Assembly: GCA_028534125.1 (NCBI GenBank)
Contig: CM052817.1
Span: 62,064,001-62,128,000, forward strand
Length of the DNA stretch: 64,000 bases
Direction of reading: 5' to 3'
Source: Lama glama
Taxonomy: Eukaryota
A model generated the notes under the pieces. The model ran no database searches. It saw nothing but the letters and a program-made list of their open reading frames with translations, and was not told the DNA's origin. The position numbers and the translations under genes were made by a program. Shown in pieces: positions 11,451 to 25,377 of this stretch. The stretch's first letter is position 1. Each line of letters opens with the position of its first letter.

Positions 11451-14400
11451 TAACTAGTTCCTAACAGTTGACTTCTTACAATGTTTGATCATGGCTTCCT
11501 AGCATAGGTAACATGAAAGAGGTGTCATCTGGAGACCCTAAAATAGTATTCTGGTCCTCACCCTAAAATCAAGCACTACCCTAAAATGCTCAAATGGGTG
11601 GAAGCACTCAAGGAAATTAACAACCACCCGATTATAGTAAGTGTTGACCCACTGGGGGATAAATAATTCTTCCTGTCACAAGCTGATGGGACCTAGTCCT
11701 TAGGTCCACTCAAGAGTCCCTGAACTGGGACGAAGCCCAGGAAAGTAGGTTTCATAAGCCCAAGGCAGGGCAAGGCCCTGACAAGACAACTCTATTTTCA
11801 AAAGTTTATTAAGTACTTTAAAAATTAAAGTTTAACAAATTTGTAATCCTTTTATGCTTATACAGTTTGAAAAAAAATTTAAGTAACTGGTATATTCCAA
11901 CCCCTCACCCCTCTATAAAAAGATTCCTAGATTATTTCAGCCAACGTCCAAATAATAAAACAAATCTCCACAGCAAAAAACACAACTTATTAACAAACAA
12001 CACCATTTTCCTTCTTATTTCCGGTCCTTGCTTGGGCCTCTCATTTTCCCGTCTCATTGTAATTATCCTCATTTTTCTGATATCTAGAAACCTGTGCAAT
12101 GACAGGGAGCCTTCCCTCCTCTCCACCACCTTTTGTTTTATTCCACTTTCTGTGTTTAAGACTTTTGCCTGTTTTACTTGTTTATACCTTCTCTGTGTAT
12201 TCAAAAAGTCAGTTATGGGAAGCAAATCTCTTCCTCTAAAGAGTGTTGCAGTAAATTTAGTCACCAAAGGACTGATAAACCCGCCGTGTGTATTTCCTTA
12301 GCCCTATAATGGCTCTTTCCAAAATATAGAGCAGCAACAAATGGGCTCAGGATATTAAAACCGCATACAAATATTTTGTGTCCCAAGATGGTAACTTCAG
12401 GTTTCATTCCCCTCTTTTACTTAAAGCAATTACAGGAAACCTAATTAAATGCTAGGGGAACTTCACTAGGGCCACTGTATCCTTTAGCCCAAAGAGGCTC
12501 ATGGATGTTTCTGCTGACCACAAATCTACATCCTTTTAAGAAGCCACAGACCAACCCTCCTGCTACAGGGATTATTCACAGTATGAATGTTCTGAATTGT
12601 GTGGCCCAGGCTCCCTGTGGGCACAGGAGTCAAGCACACATCAAGTTTTGTCCTCAGCTTCACAGACGCCCCATTCAGGAGGAGATGGATTAATTACAGT
12701 TGTGTACAGTTGCTCTGCCACATGCCCAAAGTTTACATTCCAATTTTTGGGCCACAATGCCAGAACAAGAAAAAATTGAAGCATGAAGTATCTAAACACT
12801 TACAGCTTAGATAGCTTAGAATTCTCTAGAATTAGCTGCATTATTCAAACTCTGAGTTACTCAGTTACATATCATCTTTTCATTGCCATAAGTAAGTTCA
12901 TTACCCGTGACATATTGTTCATCAAACCAGAAGTCAGTGGTTTGGGTAAAAGTAGGTAATATCCTTTCTCTTTGAAAGTGAAATTTCAAATCTGCTTGAA
13001 GCCTTGAGATGGAAAAAGCAAGCTGCCTTGAAATTTGAAATGCCATCCGCATCACCTTCCAAGGCAGGTTGCTTTGAAGAGCATTTGGGAACTTGAAATT
13101 GGTTTCAGGTAATTTAAGGGTAGGGGAAAATGCTTCGGTCCACAGGATTTACTCAAATACAAATGTGTATTTTCCATCTCGTCTGATAACATCAAAGATT
13201 TCCCATTACTGTTCTTCCTTTAATAGTGGCATCTCAAAGATGCATGCTGTTTGAAGTTTACAGTGATTTGCTTTTATAATAAGATTCATTGTGGTTTGGG
13301 AGTCAGAGTGCAGGAAAATAATTAGCATAATATACCAAAAAGTCTTATAATGAGTATGAAAATGCACTTGTTAGCAGGGAGTGTCAAGTGATTTTAGAAA
13401 TTCAGATATAAATGCAACCCTCTGATTGGTTCTTTGTGAGGCTATACTTTAGTACGGCAATAAAATCTGGTAATTGACATTTATTCCTTATCTTTAGCAT
13501 AATTTTAATTTCATAATGGTGGTCAAGCACCGCAAATAATGTTTTTCTAGAGATTATTATAAAGTGATCAAAAACACAGGATGAATCCTGTTGTATAATT
13601 ATTTAAAATATCCACATTCCCCCAGAAATGTTATCTGCAGTGATGTCAACAAATATTAAGTCACTAATGTCAAATTATGTTAATTCCAGAAATGTAAAAA
13701 TGGATCAAATATCACTTCCAGGCTTGTGCTATTTATTTATCTTGTTTATTAGGTGATACTCAAAACTCATGCATCACCTTAAAAGATTTGTTTTAAATGT
13801 GTTCATCAGATCTGCATCTTCTGATACCCCATGTATGTTTCACATCCTAACACCGTGTTAGACTTAGGTGTTACATGTGCCTGACATATATCTCTCATTC
13901 CTCCCAATTACTTTATCTTTCATGTGCAAAGGGAAATTTTGAGACACCATACTGTGCAGACCTGGCAACTCGATTTCTTCCAGCACTTTTCTTATTGAGT
14001 GAAGAGCTGCAGAGATCACTCTACCAAATCTCATTATAGTACATTCACAGTTAGGACACAGGTTGGTGGGAAATGTACAAAGCTGCAGGTAAGGATGCTC
14101 TGGAATACATTATAACATTTTACTGAATTACTGTGGTCTCTTTTTCATGCTTCCTTCCAGAGCTTAATCCTATTAGTTTTCACTACTATCTAAAAAATGA
14201 AGCATATCAGCTTGAGATGTTTTAATATAAATTTAATCACAAAATACAATCATTACTGAAAAATATGTCACACCATAAAAAACTGATAATTATTTTAGCA
14301 ACTTATAACTCTTACTAAAATAATCAAAACATAACTCAAAAGGCAAAACTTTATAATTAAGACATCACTTTATGTTATATGAAGTCATCTGACAATCTTT

Positions 14401-15584
14401 AAAGTACATCAGGGAAAGAAGACATTATAAATGCATAAGTTACCAACTTCTCTCTGAAATGTTTTCCTTGAGTTTTTAATATAATATCCAATATCTAAAC
14501 AGGCCATCTAATTAAATAAAATTACTTGTGTAATTGGGAATTACAATTTACCACTATATTAGATTTATTATGAGTATAATTTTGTTAATGTTACATTTGC
14601 TATCTTTGTGATCAAGATGAATTTACCTAAAAGTTAAGGAATAAGATGTTTGGGACCGAATGGTTCCATACATTTGCTTGAAAGTACTTCATACCTAGGC
14701 TATGGATTTGATTTCTTTCTACATGATAGTTTCTAGTCATTTGGTTCTGGATGGCATTCCATGTCCAATGTGTGTTTCGTTTTACTATACTTTGTTTTTG
14801 TCTAGAACTGAGAAAAAAATTCATTGGATTTTGTATCTGGAGTGGAGAGATGTCTAGTGCTTCTAGAATGCTATATGACAACTACAGATAAATTCACTTT
14901 TCCCCCTTGAAACTTGAAATTTTAATTGCAAGACGATATTAAAATAGAGTGACAAATGATATTTACTCTCACAATGCTAGCGCTTTTCCACCTTTCTTTT
15001 GCAAGTGTGTCAGGTTTTAAATGTTATAGAAGAAACAGTGCTCCTACTTTTGATTTGACTTTCCAACCAGCATCAAACTTAAGACTGTAAGTACAAAGGA
15101 TAACTAGAGTGGTGGGCATGTAAAATAATTTCTTACTTACAGAGTTGTATGGATGTGGTGACAGAAATTGATCATACCAAAGTTGGCCCATCAGTTATTT
15201 CCTATTCTTACCTTCAATAATGACAAGTCTGTTGAATCTCTGTTCCAAGAAAACATGATGGCATTTTTTTTTATTTGGAAGGATACAAAGCACATTCCAT
15301 TGAAATAGCAAATATATTACTTATCTAAATACTTTTCCCAAAAAACCAAATTTATTACATATATTTAAATATATATTCCAACATTTTTCTTTGAAAGCTT
15401 ATTAGTTATCTAAATTTAACTACATGTATTCCTTTTTGTCCTAATCTCATGCAATTCATTAGTAATTTGAAGAGAAGTAATTTAAACAAATAAAAAAAAT
15501 TCTGTCAGTAAGGGTTGGAACGATGTGTTCTTGAAGATTAGTTAACTGTGTTCTTGTAAATTATAGACCTTACTATTATTTTGT

Positions 15585-15930
15585 CCAGTCATTCATTCAA
15601 TAGGTATTTATTAAGTCTCTACTATGTGTCATGTACTCTTCTATGTGCTGGGGACCAAGTGGTAAAGAAGACAGTTAAGGTCTCCTCCTGTGGGTTACAT
15701 TCTATTGTGGAGACTGCTATTGAGCACCTATTTCATGCACAGTAGACTCTAAGCTGGGCACAGAGATGAACTGCTTACAGATCCTTCCTTCAGAAACTTA
15801 CTGGCCAATACCAGGGATAAAAACAGTAGTTCACTGAGTAAATGGACTGTCATATGCATTGTGTATCCATCAGTACAGTAACTGACACAAGTATCCTTCT
15901 AGGTAATGTATGTTAAATAAATGAATGATT
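15585..15930. mobile_element. Cluster of L2 3' ends (two on minus, one on plus)
   Basis: cattcattcaataggtatttattaagtctctactatgtgtca; tattgagcacctatttcatgc; ...gttaaataaatgaatga. Confidence 0.65.
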
Positions 15931-18920
15931 TGTATGTTGTAGCTATAATACAACATAGTGTTGAACCCCAGGTATAAGTAAATTTAATTGTAGCTCAGAA
16001 CAGTAAAGGTAACTAGTGTATGTATTAAGCAACTACCATGGGTCTCAGTTAATCTGCATGATAATCTTTGGGGATTAGTATTGTTACACTTATAAAACAA
16101 GTAAGGAAAGGGGGTCAGAATAACTGTTTATACAGCCAATAATTACTGGAATCATGATATAGATCCACATTTGTCTGAAATGAATGTTCTGATTCCTTTC
16201 ACTACACCAATATTCCTCAAACTATCTCAAACAAGTGTTTTTATGCTCAAATAAATTTGGGGATTTCTGTTTAATAGAGCTTTCTCTCAGAAATTCAGAG
16301 TGCTTGTTAGTATACTGAAAACATTGGTTAGAAGTTCTGCCACAAAGAAATAGGTTTAATTTGGACTGCCACCATCCCCCCTAAATTTATTAAACCATAG
16401 AACCTTACAGTCAACATAAACAAAGAACCCCATTTCATCATAGCTTTCATTGTGGTTTTGGTCAGCATTCTCCATATGTTGATCTCTTGAATAAAAGTAG
16501 TCCATTGTTTGGAAAATTCTGAAAACCCCATGAAGAAAGCTATAGTGAAATTGCTTTAGGAGGAGAGATCATGAGGGACCTGGGGAATGGAATATTTGAG
16601 TTCGATGCTGAAGCATGGTTTGGGTTTAAAAATTTACAGAGGGATCAAAGACATTTGAGGAGGAAAGAACAGCAAGAAGCCAAAGGGCAGAGATGAAAAA
16701 CACGGAGATTACACTACAGAGTACTTTACATGAATTAAGTAAAGAAATAAGACCATGGAATTAGAAGAGAGACTCCTGGAGAGCCTTGTTTGACAGCTAG
16801 AGAAGACTGTTTCGTGGAGCAGGGAGCCCGTGAAAATTGTTAAGTGGTGAAACAGCAGTTTTCAAAAAATGGACATATGCTCTAGGAAGATTAATATGAC
16901 TTTACTAGTAAACAAAGCTCATTTAATTCACTTTAATTGAATTTTAATAATTTTAATTTTTAATTATTATTACAAAATTTGCTTTCAGATCTATGGTTTT
17001 ATATCAGGTCATTAATCTAAGTGTTAAAAGCAATATTCTTGGTGACCCTCTGAAAACACTGTCTAACAGTGGAAATCAGGTACATATGTCTAGAATAATA
17101 ACTGCTCATACTGTTAGGCTTTCATTTTTTTCTTATTCCAAATGATTTAGAAACAAGCATTAAGAGCAATCATCTCTAGAGTGACTGCCACTTATAATAG
17201 TTAATAAGATATTGGGGGCAGCTTATCTGTTTATCTTAAAATCGATACATTTCATATTCTTCAAAAATCTTTAAAGCCAAACTGTAAGTGTTCATTTTAT
17301 TTGTTTAAATTCAACTCATTCAGGACAATTATTATTACAACTGAGGGACTAGACAAATAGTTGTCTAATACACAGTAATCTAGTGATTTATTTAGATAAG
17401 AGGGAAAAATTTCTGCCCTCTGTTTACTCTCTGACCTTCAGAAAGTCTCAAATTAATCAAGCCTTGGTTTCCCAACTTGAAAAATGAAATTTAGAATTTG
17501 TTTTTCATTGAGTTGCGTGAAAATAAATGGAATAAGAGCTATAAAAGTTCTTGAAATCTGTAAAATTCCTTTAAAATATACTATAAAATAATAACAATGG
17601 AGAATACAACTATATTCTATGAACAAAATTACCACTGGAGGTACTAATATAGTCTTAAGAGTGGGGAAGGGCTCACTGTTTGGAAATTATATTAGTCACA
17701 TACCTGGATAAGAAAGATATGGCTGGTTTGCGAAATTTTCAACAGAGTTGGAAGAGTTTGGTCTAGGTGAGGATGTCAACTGTCTAGGACAAGGCGGATG
17801 TGGATACGATATTTAGAAATGGAGACTGAATAGCAGGAACAAGTTTTAGTGGTTTGCCTTTAAGTTTCCTGTCCTTCAGCTAAGTCACTACATTAAAGTG
17901 CAGATAGAGTGAAGCCATCCCGATATGACGAGTAAAGACTCTACTAATTTGAGTAACCAAAAAGCTTGCACTGCTCACGTATTAGGAATTTCCTATCTCC
18001 CTATTCCTACACATAGGAGAGGCAGGGAAGTCACTAAGCAGCTGAATGGGAATAACTAGCAAGGCTAGTTCTGACTAATCTGGGGCAGAATAAGCAAACT
18101 TCCATCTCCTAATGAAGATTTAAAATTGTTGAGCACAAACACATCTTCTAGAATCATTCTTCACTTTCCAACTAGGAAGTGAGCTCTAACAGGGTAGAAA
18201 ATTTTGTTTGTTACATGATGTTACTGTGGCCTAGAATAATACCTGGTACATATTGTAGGCACACAATAAACATTTGTTAAATTAATGAAAGAGTATTTTC
18301 CCCCAGGACACTATGACATACTTATTGAAAAGCTATGTGATTATGTTCTGCTACATTTTAGAGGAAAGGGACTTTCAGTCATGATGGCAGTTGTACCTCG
18401 CCAGAAAGACATAGTCAAATGCAATTTGGATTTAAATTTTGAACATGCTTGGTATTCACACTTAGAATGGGGAACAAAAAGTGGAGTTATCACAGTGCTT
18501 CTCAGAGGCTCCAAAATTGTTGAGCCTCCAATAATAACTGAGTAAACACAGATCAAGTACCAACAAAAAGATCCTTTTTTCCTATCCTTTTAAAAAAGAA
18601 TTCTAATATGCAAGAATGGCTCAATTTACAATAAGCAGGGAAAAAAATTAACTTGTGAAATTCTAAGTAAAGATGAAAAATGTTAACATTTCATATTTTC
18701 AAGCCAGGAATATGTATTGAATGCCTGCTGAAACACCAATTTTCAATTTTAACTTTTTGGAGAGATTGAGAAATAACTATTTGCTCTGATATTTCCAAAA
18801 TACTTCTGTATATTCTGAGATCTTTGCCTCAGATCTTTCTTTTATCATTGCAAAGGGAGATACGATTTAATAAAATAATGCAAATAAGTAAAATGCACTT
18901 AAATTTTTTCTTTTGTTTTA

Positions 18921-21436
18921 AAATTACAGACAGGTACAATTTGCCAAGACTGAACCAGGAAGAAGTAGACACTATGAATAGATCAATTAACAGCACTGAA
19001 ATTGAATCAGTAATTTAAAAACTCCCAACAAAAAAGTCCAGGACCAGATGGCTTCACAGGTGAATTCTACCAAACATTTAGAGAAAAGTTAACACCTATC
19101 CTTCTGAAACCATTCCAAAAAATTGCAAGAGGAAGGAACACTCCAAACTCATTCTATGAGGCCATCATCACCCTGATACCAAAACCAGACAAAGATACCA
19201 CAAAAAAAGAAAATTACAGGCCAATATCACTTATGAATAAAGATGCAAAACTCTTCAACAAAATACTAGCAAATTGACTCTAACAATGCATTCAAAGGAT
19301 CATACACCATGATCAAGTGGGATTTATCCCATGTATGCAAGGATTTTCCAATATCCACAGATCAATCAATGTGATACACCACATTAACAAACTGAAGAAT
19401 AAAAACCATATGATCATCTCAATAGATGCAGAAAAAGCTTTTGATAAAATTCACCATCAATTTATGATAAAAACTCTCCAGAAAGTGGGCATAGACAGAA
19501 CATACTTCAACACAATAAAGGTCATATATGACAAACCCACAGCTAACATCATACTCAATAGTGAAAAGCTGAAAGCATTTCCTCTAAGATCAGGAATAAA
19601 ACAAGGATGCCCACTCTTGCCACTTTTACTCAACATAGTTTTGGAAGTCCTAGACATAGCAACAGAGAAGAAAAAGAAATAAAAGGAATCCAAATTGGAA
19701 ACGAAGAAGTAAAACTGTTACTGTTTGTAGATGACATGATACTATACATAGAAAACCCTAAAGAAGCGACCAGAAAACTACTAGAACTCATCAATGAATT
19801 TGGTAAATTTGCAGGATACAAAATTAATATACAGAAATCAGTTGCATTTCTGTACACTAACAATGAAATAGCAGGAAAAGAAATTAAGGAAACAATACCA
19901 TTTACCATCTCACCATAAAGAATAAAATACCCAGGAATAAACCTACCCAAGAAGGCAAAAGACCTGTACTCTGAAAACTATAAGACACTGATGATGACAT
20001 AAACAAATGGAAAGATATACTGTGTTCTTGGATTGGAAGAATCAATATTGTTAAAATGGCCATACTACCTAAGGCAATACACAGATTCAATGCAATCCCT
20101 ATCAAATTACCAATGACATTTTTCAGAGCTAGAACAAAAAAAAAGTTAAAATTTGTATGGAAACACCAAAGACCCCAAATAGCCAAAATAATCTTGAAAA
20201 AGAAGAACAGAACTGGGGAATCATGCTCCCGGACTTCAGACTGTACTACAAAGATACAGTAATCAAAACAGTATGGCACTGGCAGAAAAACAAACACATA
20301 GATCAATGGGACAGGTTAGAAAGTCCAGAAGTAAGCCATGCACTTATGGTCAATTAATCTACAACAAACGAGGCAAGAAAGTGCAATGAAAGAAATAGTC
20401 TCTTCAATACATGGTGCTGGGAAAATTGCACGGCTACCTGTAAAAGACTGAAATTAGAACATTCTCTAACACTATATACAAAAATAAACTCAAAATGGGT
20501 TAAAGATCTAAATGTAAGACCAGATACCATAAAACTCCTAGAGGAAAACATGGGCAGAACACTCTTGGACATAAATCACAGCAATATATTTTTAGAACCA
20601 GATCCTGGAGTCATGGGAATAAAAGCAAACATAAACAAATGGGATCTAATTAAACTTAAAAGCCTTTGCACAGCTAAGGATATGGTCAATAAAATGAAAA
20701 GACAACCTACAGAATGGAAGAAAATATTTGCAAATGATGCAACCAACAAGGGACTAATTTCCAAAATATACAGACAGCTCATACACCTTAATATCAAAAA
20801 AAAAAAGCAACCCAATCAAAAAATGGGCAGAAGACCTAAACAGAAATCTCTCCAAAGACATACAGATGGCCAACAAGCACATTAAAAGATGCTCAACATC
20901 ATTGTTAGAGAAATTCAAATCAAACCTACAATGAGGTATCACCTCACACCAGCCAGAATGGGCATCATTAAAAAGTCTACAAATAATAAATGCTGGAGAG
21001 GGTGTGGAGAAACAGGAACCCTCCTACACTGTTGGTAGGAATGTACATTGGTGCAGCTACTATTAAGGATAGCATGGTGGGTCCTTAAAAAACTAAAAAT
21101 AGACTTACCATATGATCCAGCAATCCCACTCCTGGGCATATACCCAGAGAAAAATATAATTCAAAAAGACATAGGCACCCCAATGTTAATAGCAGCACTA
21201 TTTACAATACAATGGAAACAACCTAAATGTCCATCAACAGATGACTGGATAAAGAAGATGTGGTACATATATGCAATGGAATACTACTCAGCCATAAAAA
21301 ATAAAATAATGCCATTTGCAGAAACATGGATGGACCTGGAGATCGTCATTCTAAATAAAGTAAGTCAGAAAGAGAAAGAAAAATGCCATATGTTATTACT
21401 TACAAGTGGAATCAAAAAAAAAAAAGGACACAAATG
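18921..21436 (+). mobile_element. LINE-1, 5'- and 3'-truncated, with a disrupted ORF2 (RT and C-terminal regions); antisense to UNC5C
   Basis: ORF fragments [49 protein letters not shown] (FADD motif altered), [40 protein letters not shown]; many frameshifts and stop codons. Confidence 0.97.
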
Positions 21437-21519
21437 TCCTTTTTAATTATTTATAACTTAGATGACTGACTTCTTGACTATGTGTAAGCACATCTGACTG
21501 TCCTTTAATGCCTTGGCTT

Positions 21520-21650
21520 GGCAGTTCAACATAACTCACTCATAGCCCATTAGCTAGATGTAATCACCTGGCCAAGCTGACAGCAAGGATGCAGGACTTG
21601 TAGTAATCCTGCATGCCCAGGAAGGAGAGAACAGGATATGAGTATTAGAA
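21520..21650 (-). mobile_element. MLT1-type MaLR LTR fragment
   Basis: cccattagctagatgtaatcacctggcc...gcaaggatgcaggacttgtagt...tgcccaggaaggagag. Confidence 0.5.
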
Positions 21651-22039
21651 GTCCTTCTACTATGTAACTGATAAAGCTACTTTAAGAGGAAAAATAAGGA
21701 ATTGAATTTTTAAAAAATCATAATGATATTGAAATACTAATAGTTATCATGCCAAATGAAACTTGGATTATTGTTTTCTGTGGCATGAAAATCTTTACTG
21801 ACAGAAAGAGCTAAATGTGGAAAAGATAGAATATTATACCAAAAGGAAGAAAACCAGATTTTTGGTCCTTGCTTGTCCACCATCTTGAGTAATTTTGGGC
21901 AGGGCATAAAATTTCTCATTTTCTTAAACTTTAAATTGATAAAAAATAGATAACTCTTTCCCAGTATACTTCACCAGACTGTTAATAGATCCAAAGAAAT
22001 CTTTAAAAGAAAGTGCTTTTATAGACAGACTTTGGCAAA

Positions 22040-22397
22040 GACTGACAGCTCCTTACATCTTTTCAGGAATGCAACTGGACCACATTTTCCAGCTTCCTTT
22101 CTTTTAGAAGTTCTAGTCAATATAATGTGAGTGGAAGGAACATGTACATTTTTTTGCCAAGCTGTTGAAGAAGCTGGTGGGTGTCCTCTTTGCTGTCTTT
22201 CCCTTTCTGCTGGCTGGATGCAGAAGAGAAAAGAAGCTTGAGAGAAGAATGGCAGAGCCACAAGATGGAAGGAGTCTGGGTACATGCCTGCCCAAAGAGA
22301 TCAGGCATGTTTCTGGGATTGTTATGTAAAACATTCTATCATGTTTGAGCCATTCTATCCTTGGAAGGGTCTAATTGTTACTGTAGCTTAGCATAAT
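22040..22397 (+). mobile_element. MLT1J/I-type MaLR solo LTR
   Basis: cattttccagcttcc...atggcagagccacaagatggaaggagtctggg...tttgagcca...ttgttactgtagcttagc. Confidence 0.8.
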
Positions 22398-24920
22398 ACA
22401 GACTTAAATGATAGACTATAATATACTTGGCACACAATGGGTTTTCATAAATGACTATTTAGCCAATGCTAAATGAGTGAAGAAAATCTCACAATATTTT
22501 GTTATTTTTTTTACCATGATTCAGTGCTTAGCTCCAAATTATTAATTTTTTAAAAAATGGCAACATCTTGTTAGAGACACAAAGAATTTCTAGTAATTTT
22601 GAGTTTTCAAATGTCTGAATGTGTGATTTTAATATCACACTCAAAATGCTATAAGACAGTATAATTTGCTTATTATGGAACAAAAATATTTTCAAATGAT
22701 GGGCTTGCAATATTTTTCAAAATACTATTCCTAACATAAATGTTAAACAAACTGATGTGAAAATCTAGGTCATAATGTTTAATAACTATTATAATTTTCT
22801 TCACAGTCAAACGTCTCCTTTTGATGTTTTCTCAAGAGATAGAAAAACTAAAACTTGAAATAGCAAAAGAGTGGTGCTTGATTCTGAATGTTGTGTGTAA
22901 CTTGTAATGTCTTCATGTTCATTCTGCACTAGCATCACAAACAAAAAGAAAGAAGGAAAAATGATTGTTTCCTACCCCGAGCTCCAATTCCCTGAGATAT
23001 TTATGTAACCATATAACACTGCCAACAGAACAAACAGCTTCAATCATGTGTCTGTTCATATCTCCAGGCAAACTTTTGTTCTTTTCCCTTTCTTTTATAA
23101 ATGTATTCCCTTCAAAGGATACATACCCTAGTGGATAAACAATCTCCATGGGAGAACAGGAAAGCTAGCTATTTAATTTGTACAGTTCAGTGTCATGAGG
23201 TGTGGAATCACAGTAAATAATATTTTGTGAAGATACGCTAATAAACATGATGATATTTTCACGATTAGCCATGTTTTTAGTAAAAGGAAATTAATGGACA
23301 GGACTACTCAGTCTGAAGGATACATACAACATGCTGACAAACAAAACAGTTCCAGCATAAAGTTGGTATGTTATATAGACAGTATATGTACACACTTGGC
23401 ACCACTATATATATTTATATGCGTATCATTCATCTAGCATTTTCTTCTTACCTCCAAGTTGGAATGCATTTACTTCATACCCTATGATAAGCCCATTTAG
23501 TCACATTTTTGTCAGATTCCACTTGCATAGGCAATGTTGAGTAAATCAGTGGTTAATAAATGTCCTTGGAAATATGTTTAAAGATAAATAGTGAACAGCC
23601 ATATCTGACCATAAGTGTATATTTTTACTCTCAGAATCTTAAAAGAAAAATAGTCTGAGCTATTACATACATATGTGGAAAAAGAGAAGTAATTACAGAG
23701 CAATCATGTAAAAAGAGCCTGGTTTATTATTCCTTAATAGATATACTAGAGACAAAAAAGTAAAATGTTCTCACAATTATTCACAAAATTCTACTGCAAG
23801 AGAAATACCGAATGAGGATGAGTCACCCTTTCCATCAAAAGCGCTTTTTGTCACAATTCCACGGGCCTAGGGCACCAGTCCAGCAACACAGTGTGCAGAA
23901 CTGCAGGACACTCAGAATACCAACCCTACTGTCCCCACTCTCATGGGCCTGCTCCAGCTGACCACATGCACGTTTCTAATTTGCACCAAGGCAGTCTGAC
24001 AAGCAGGCTGGGAAGACAATGGAGATGGAAATATAGATCAAGTACAAATAAAATATGTTCACCTTGAAAATCACAAATAAAACTTCTAGGTATTAAGGTA
24101 CAGGGATGTATGTATTGAAAAACGAGAATATAATCACTTCTTTCTCATCAATAATTTTCATAAGCCCCTTTTGATTCTGCCCCAAACTTTCTCTATAACC
24201 CAATATTTATACACTCCCTACATCTACACTTACTAAAATAATATAGATTTGTGTCCCCTGCACATACCTCATAAATCGCAACCCATCCCCCCAAAGCTGG
24301 TTTCAGGTTTGTTTTAAAAATCTATCATGTGGGTGATCCCTTAGCAATACTCTGAAGTTCCATCCCGGTTAAAAGTGAAAAAGGATCTGGTGTCCCAAGA
24401 AGAGAAATGATGACAGTGCATGACTATTAGTTCATGTGTTCCCGACTAAGAAAGAAATCTCTGCTTAAAAAATTTGAACACATATGCCAAAGTCCAAAAA
24501 AAAAAAAAAAAGCAAACAAAATTGAGAAGGTAAAAAGAAGCACATAAAATCTTGCCAAAGGTTCATGTTTTACATAAAGCTGCAGTTGGGACTTCACAAA
24601 GGAAATCTCTGCACTTTTTATTTCTGGTTCAGAGGATTTACATGCTCTTTCTAATGATCTGGGCCTTCAGCACTGGGTAATGTCTCCCAGTCCCCAGCTT
24701 AGCACTCATGCAAAATTGAAGCACTTTGGAGGCAGTTTAGTAGCTGCAGATGAATCTCAATGTGCAGGAAAAGGCATAATGGCTGTTTAGCACTTGCTAG
24801 GAGAAGCTGAGGAAATCAGGGGGAAAAATCTATTGAACTTAAGCCATCTGGGAAGCCAACTGAGAGTGACTGCATTAACAACGTGTTTACATTCCCATTG
24901 TGTTGCCAGGCCAAGCAAAA

Positions 24921-24938
24921 GTGTGTGTGTGTGTGTGT
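24921..24938. repeat. (GT)9 microsatellite
   Basis: Read directly from the sequence. Confidence 0.95.
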
Positions 24939-25377
24939 AGAGGAAATTATCGAGTGAGGCTCTTTTGGTTGTACTGGCTATTTTGATTTGGTTTTGGCAA
25001 CCACGTGGGGAAAGAATTTTCATGAGAAATGTGGCTGTGAGAATTCTCAGGTCTCCATGAGACAGGACAACTGTTGGAGTGCAGAGGCTGGCAAGGATGC
25101 CGTGGGGGAGAAAAGTGAGCGATACGCGGGAGCCTGGCTGTGCAGCTCTTCCCTGCATCTGGCCCACGGTACAACGCAACAGATTGGGAGAGGCTTCAGA
25201 GGGTCAGTAAAGAACACCAGGGAACGCTGTCGTTGCCTGTTACATTTGTAGTTATACTGACTAATTGAAGGAAATACTGACTAAATGAGGGAAAACAGTC
25301 CGGTAAATGCCTTCCCTTTCAGCGCCACCATCCCTATTCATGCTTCCACCACCATGGCCTTTTTTGGGGTCATGTAT

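Noticed and set aside
11867..12301. Overlapping 144-aa (+) and 111-aa (-) ORFs
   Set aside because: Both use non-ATG starts, have composition-driven sequence and show no recognisable homology or splice context; ORFs of this size are expected by chance.
15585..15930. L2-derived miRNA (miR-28/miR-151-like) from opposed L2 tails
   Set aside because: The tails point outward with over 200 bp between them and pair poorly; this is not the compact tail-to-tail geometry.
18824..21446. Functional reverse transcriptase gene
   Set aside because: It is L1 ORF2 broken into many frames, lacks the endonuclease domain, and has FVDD in place of FADD.
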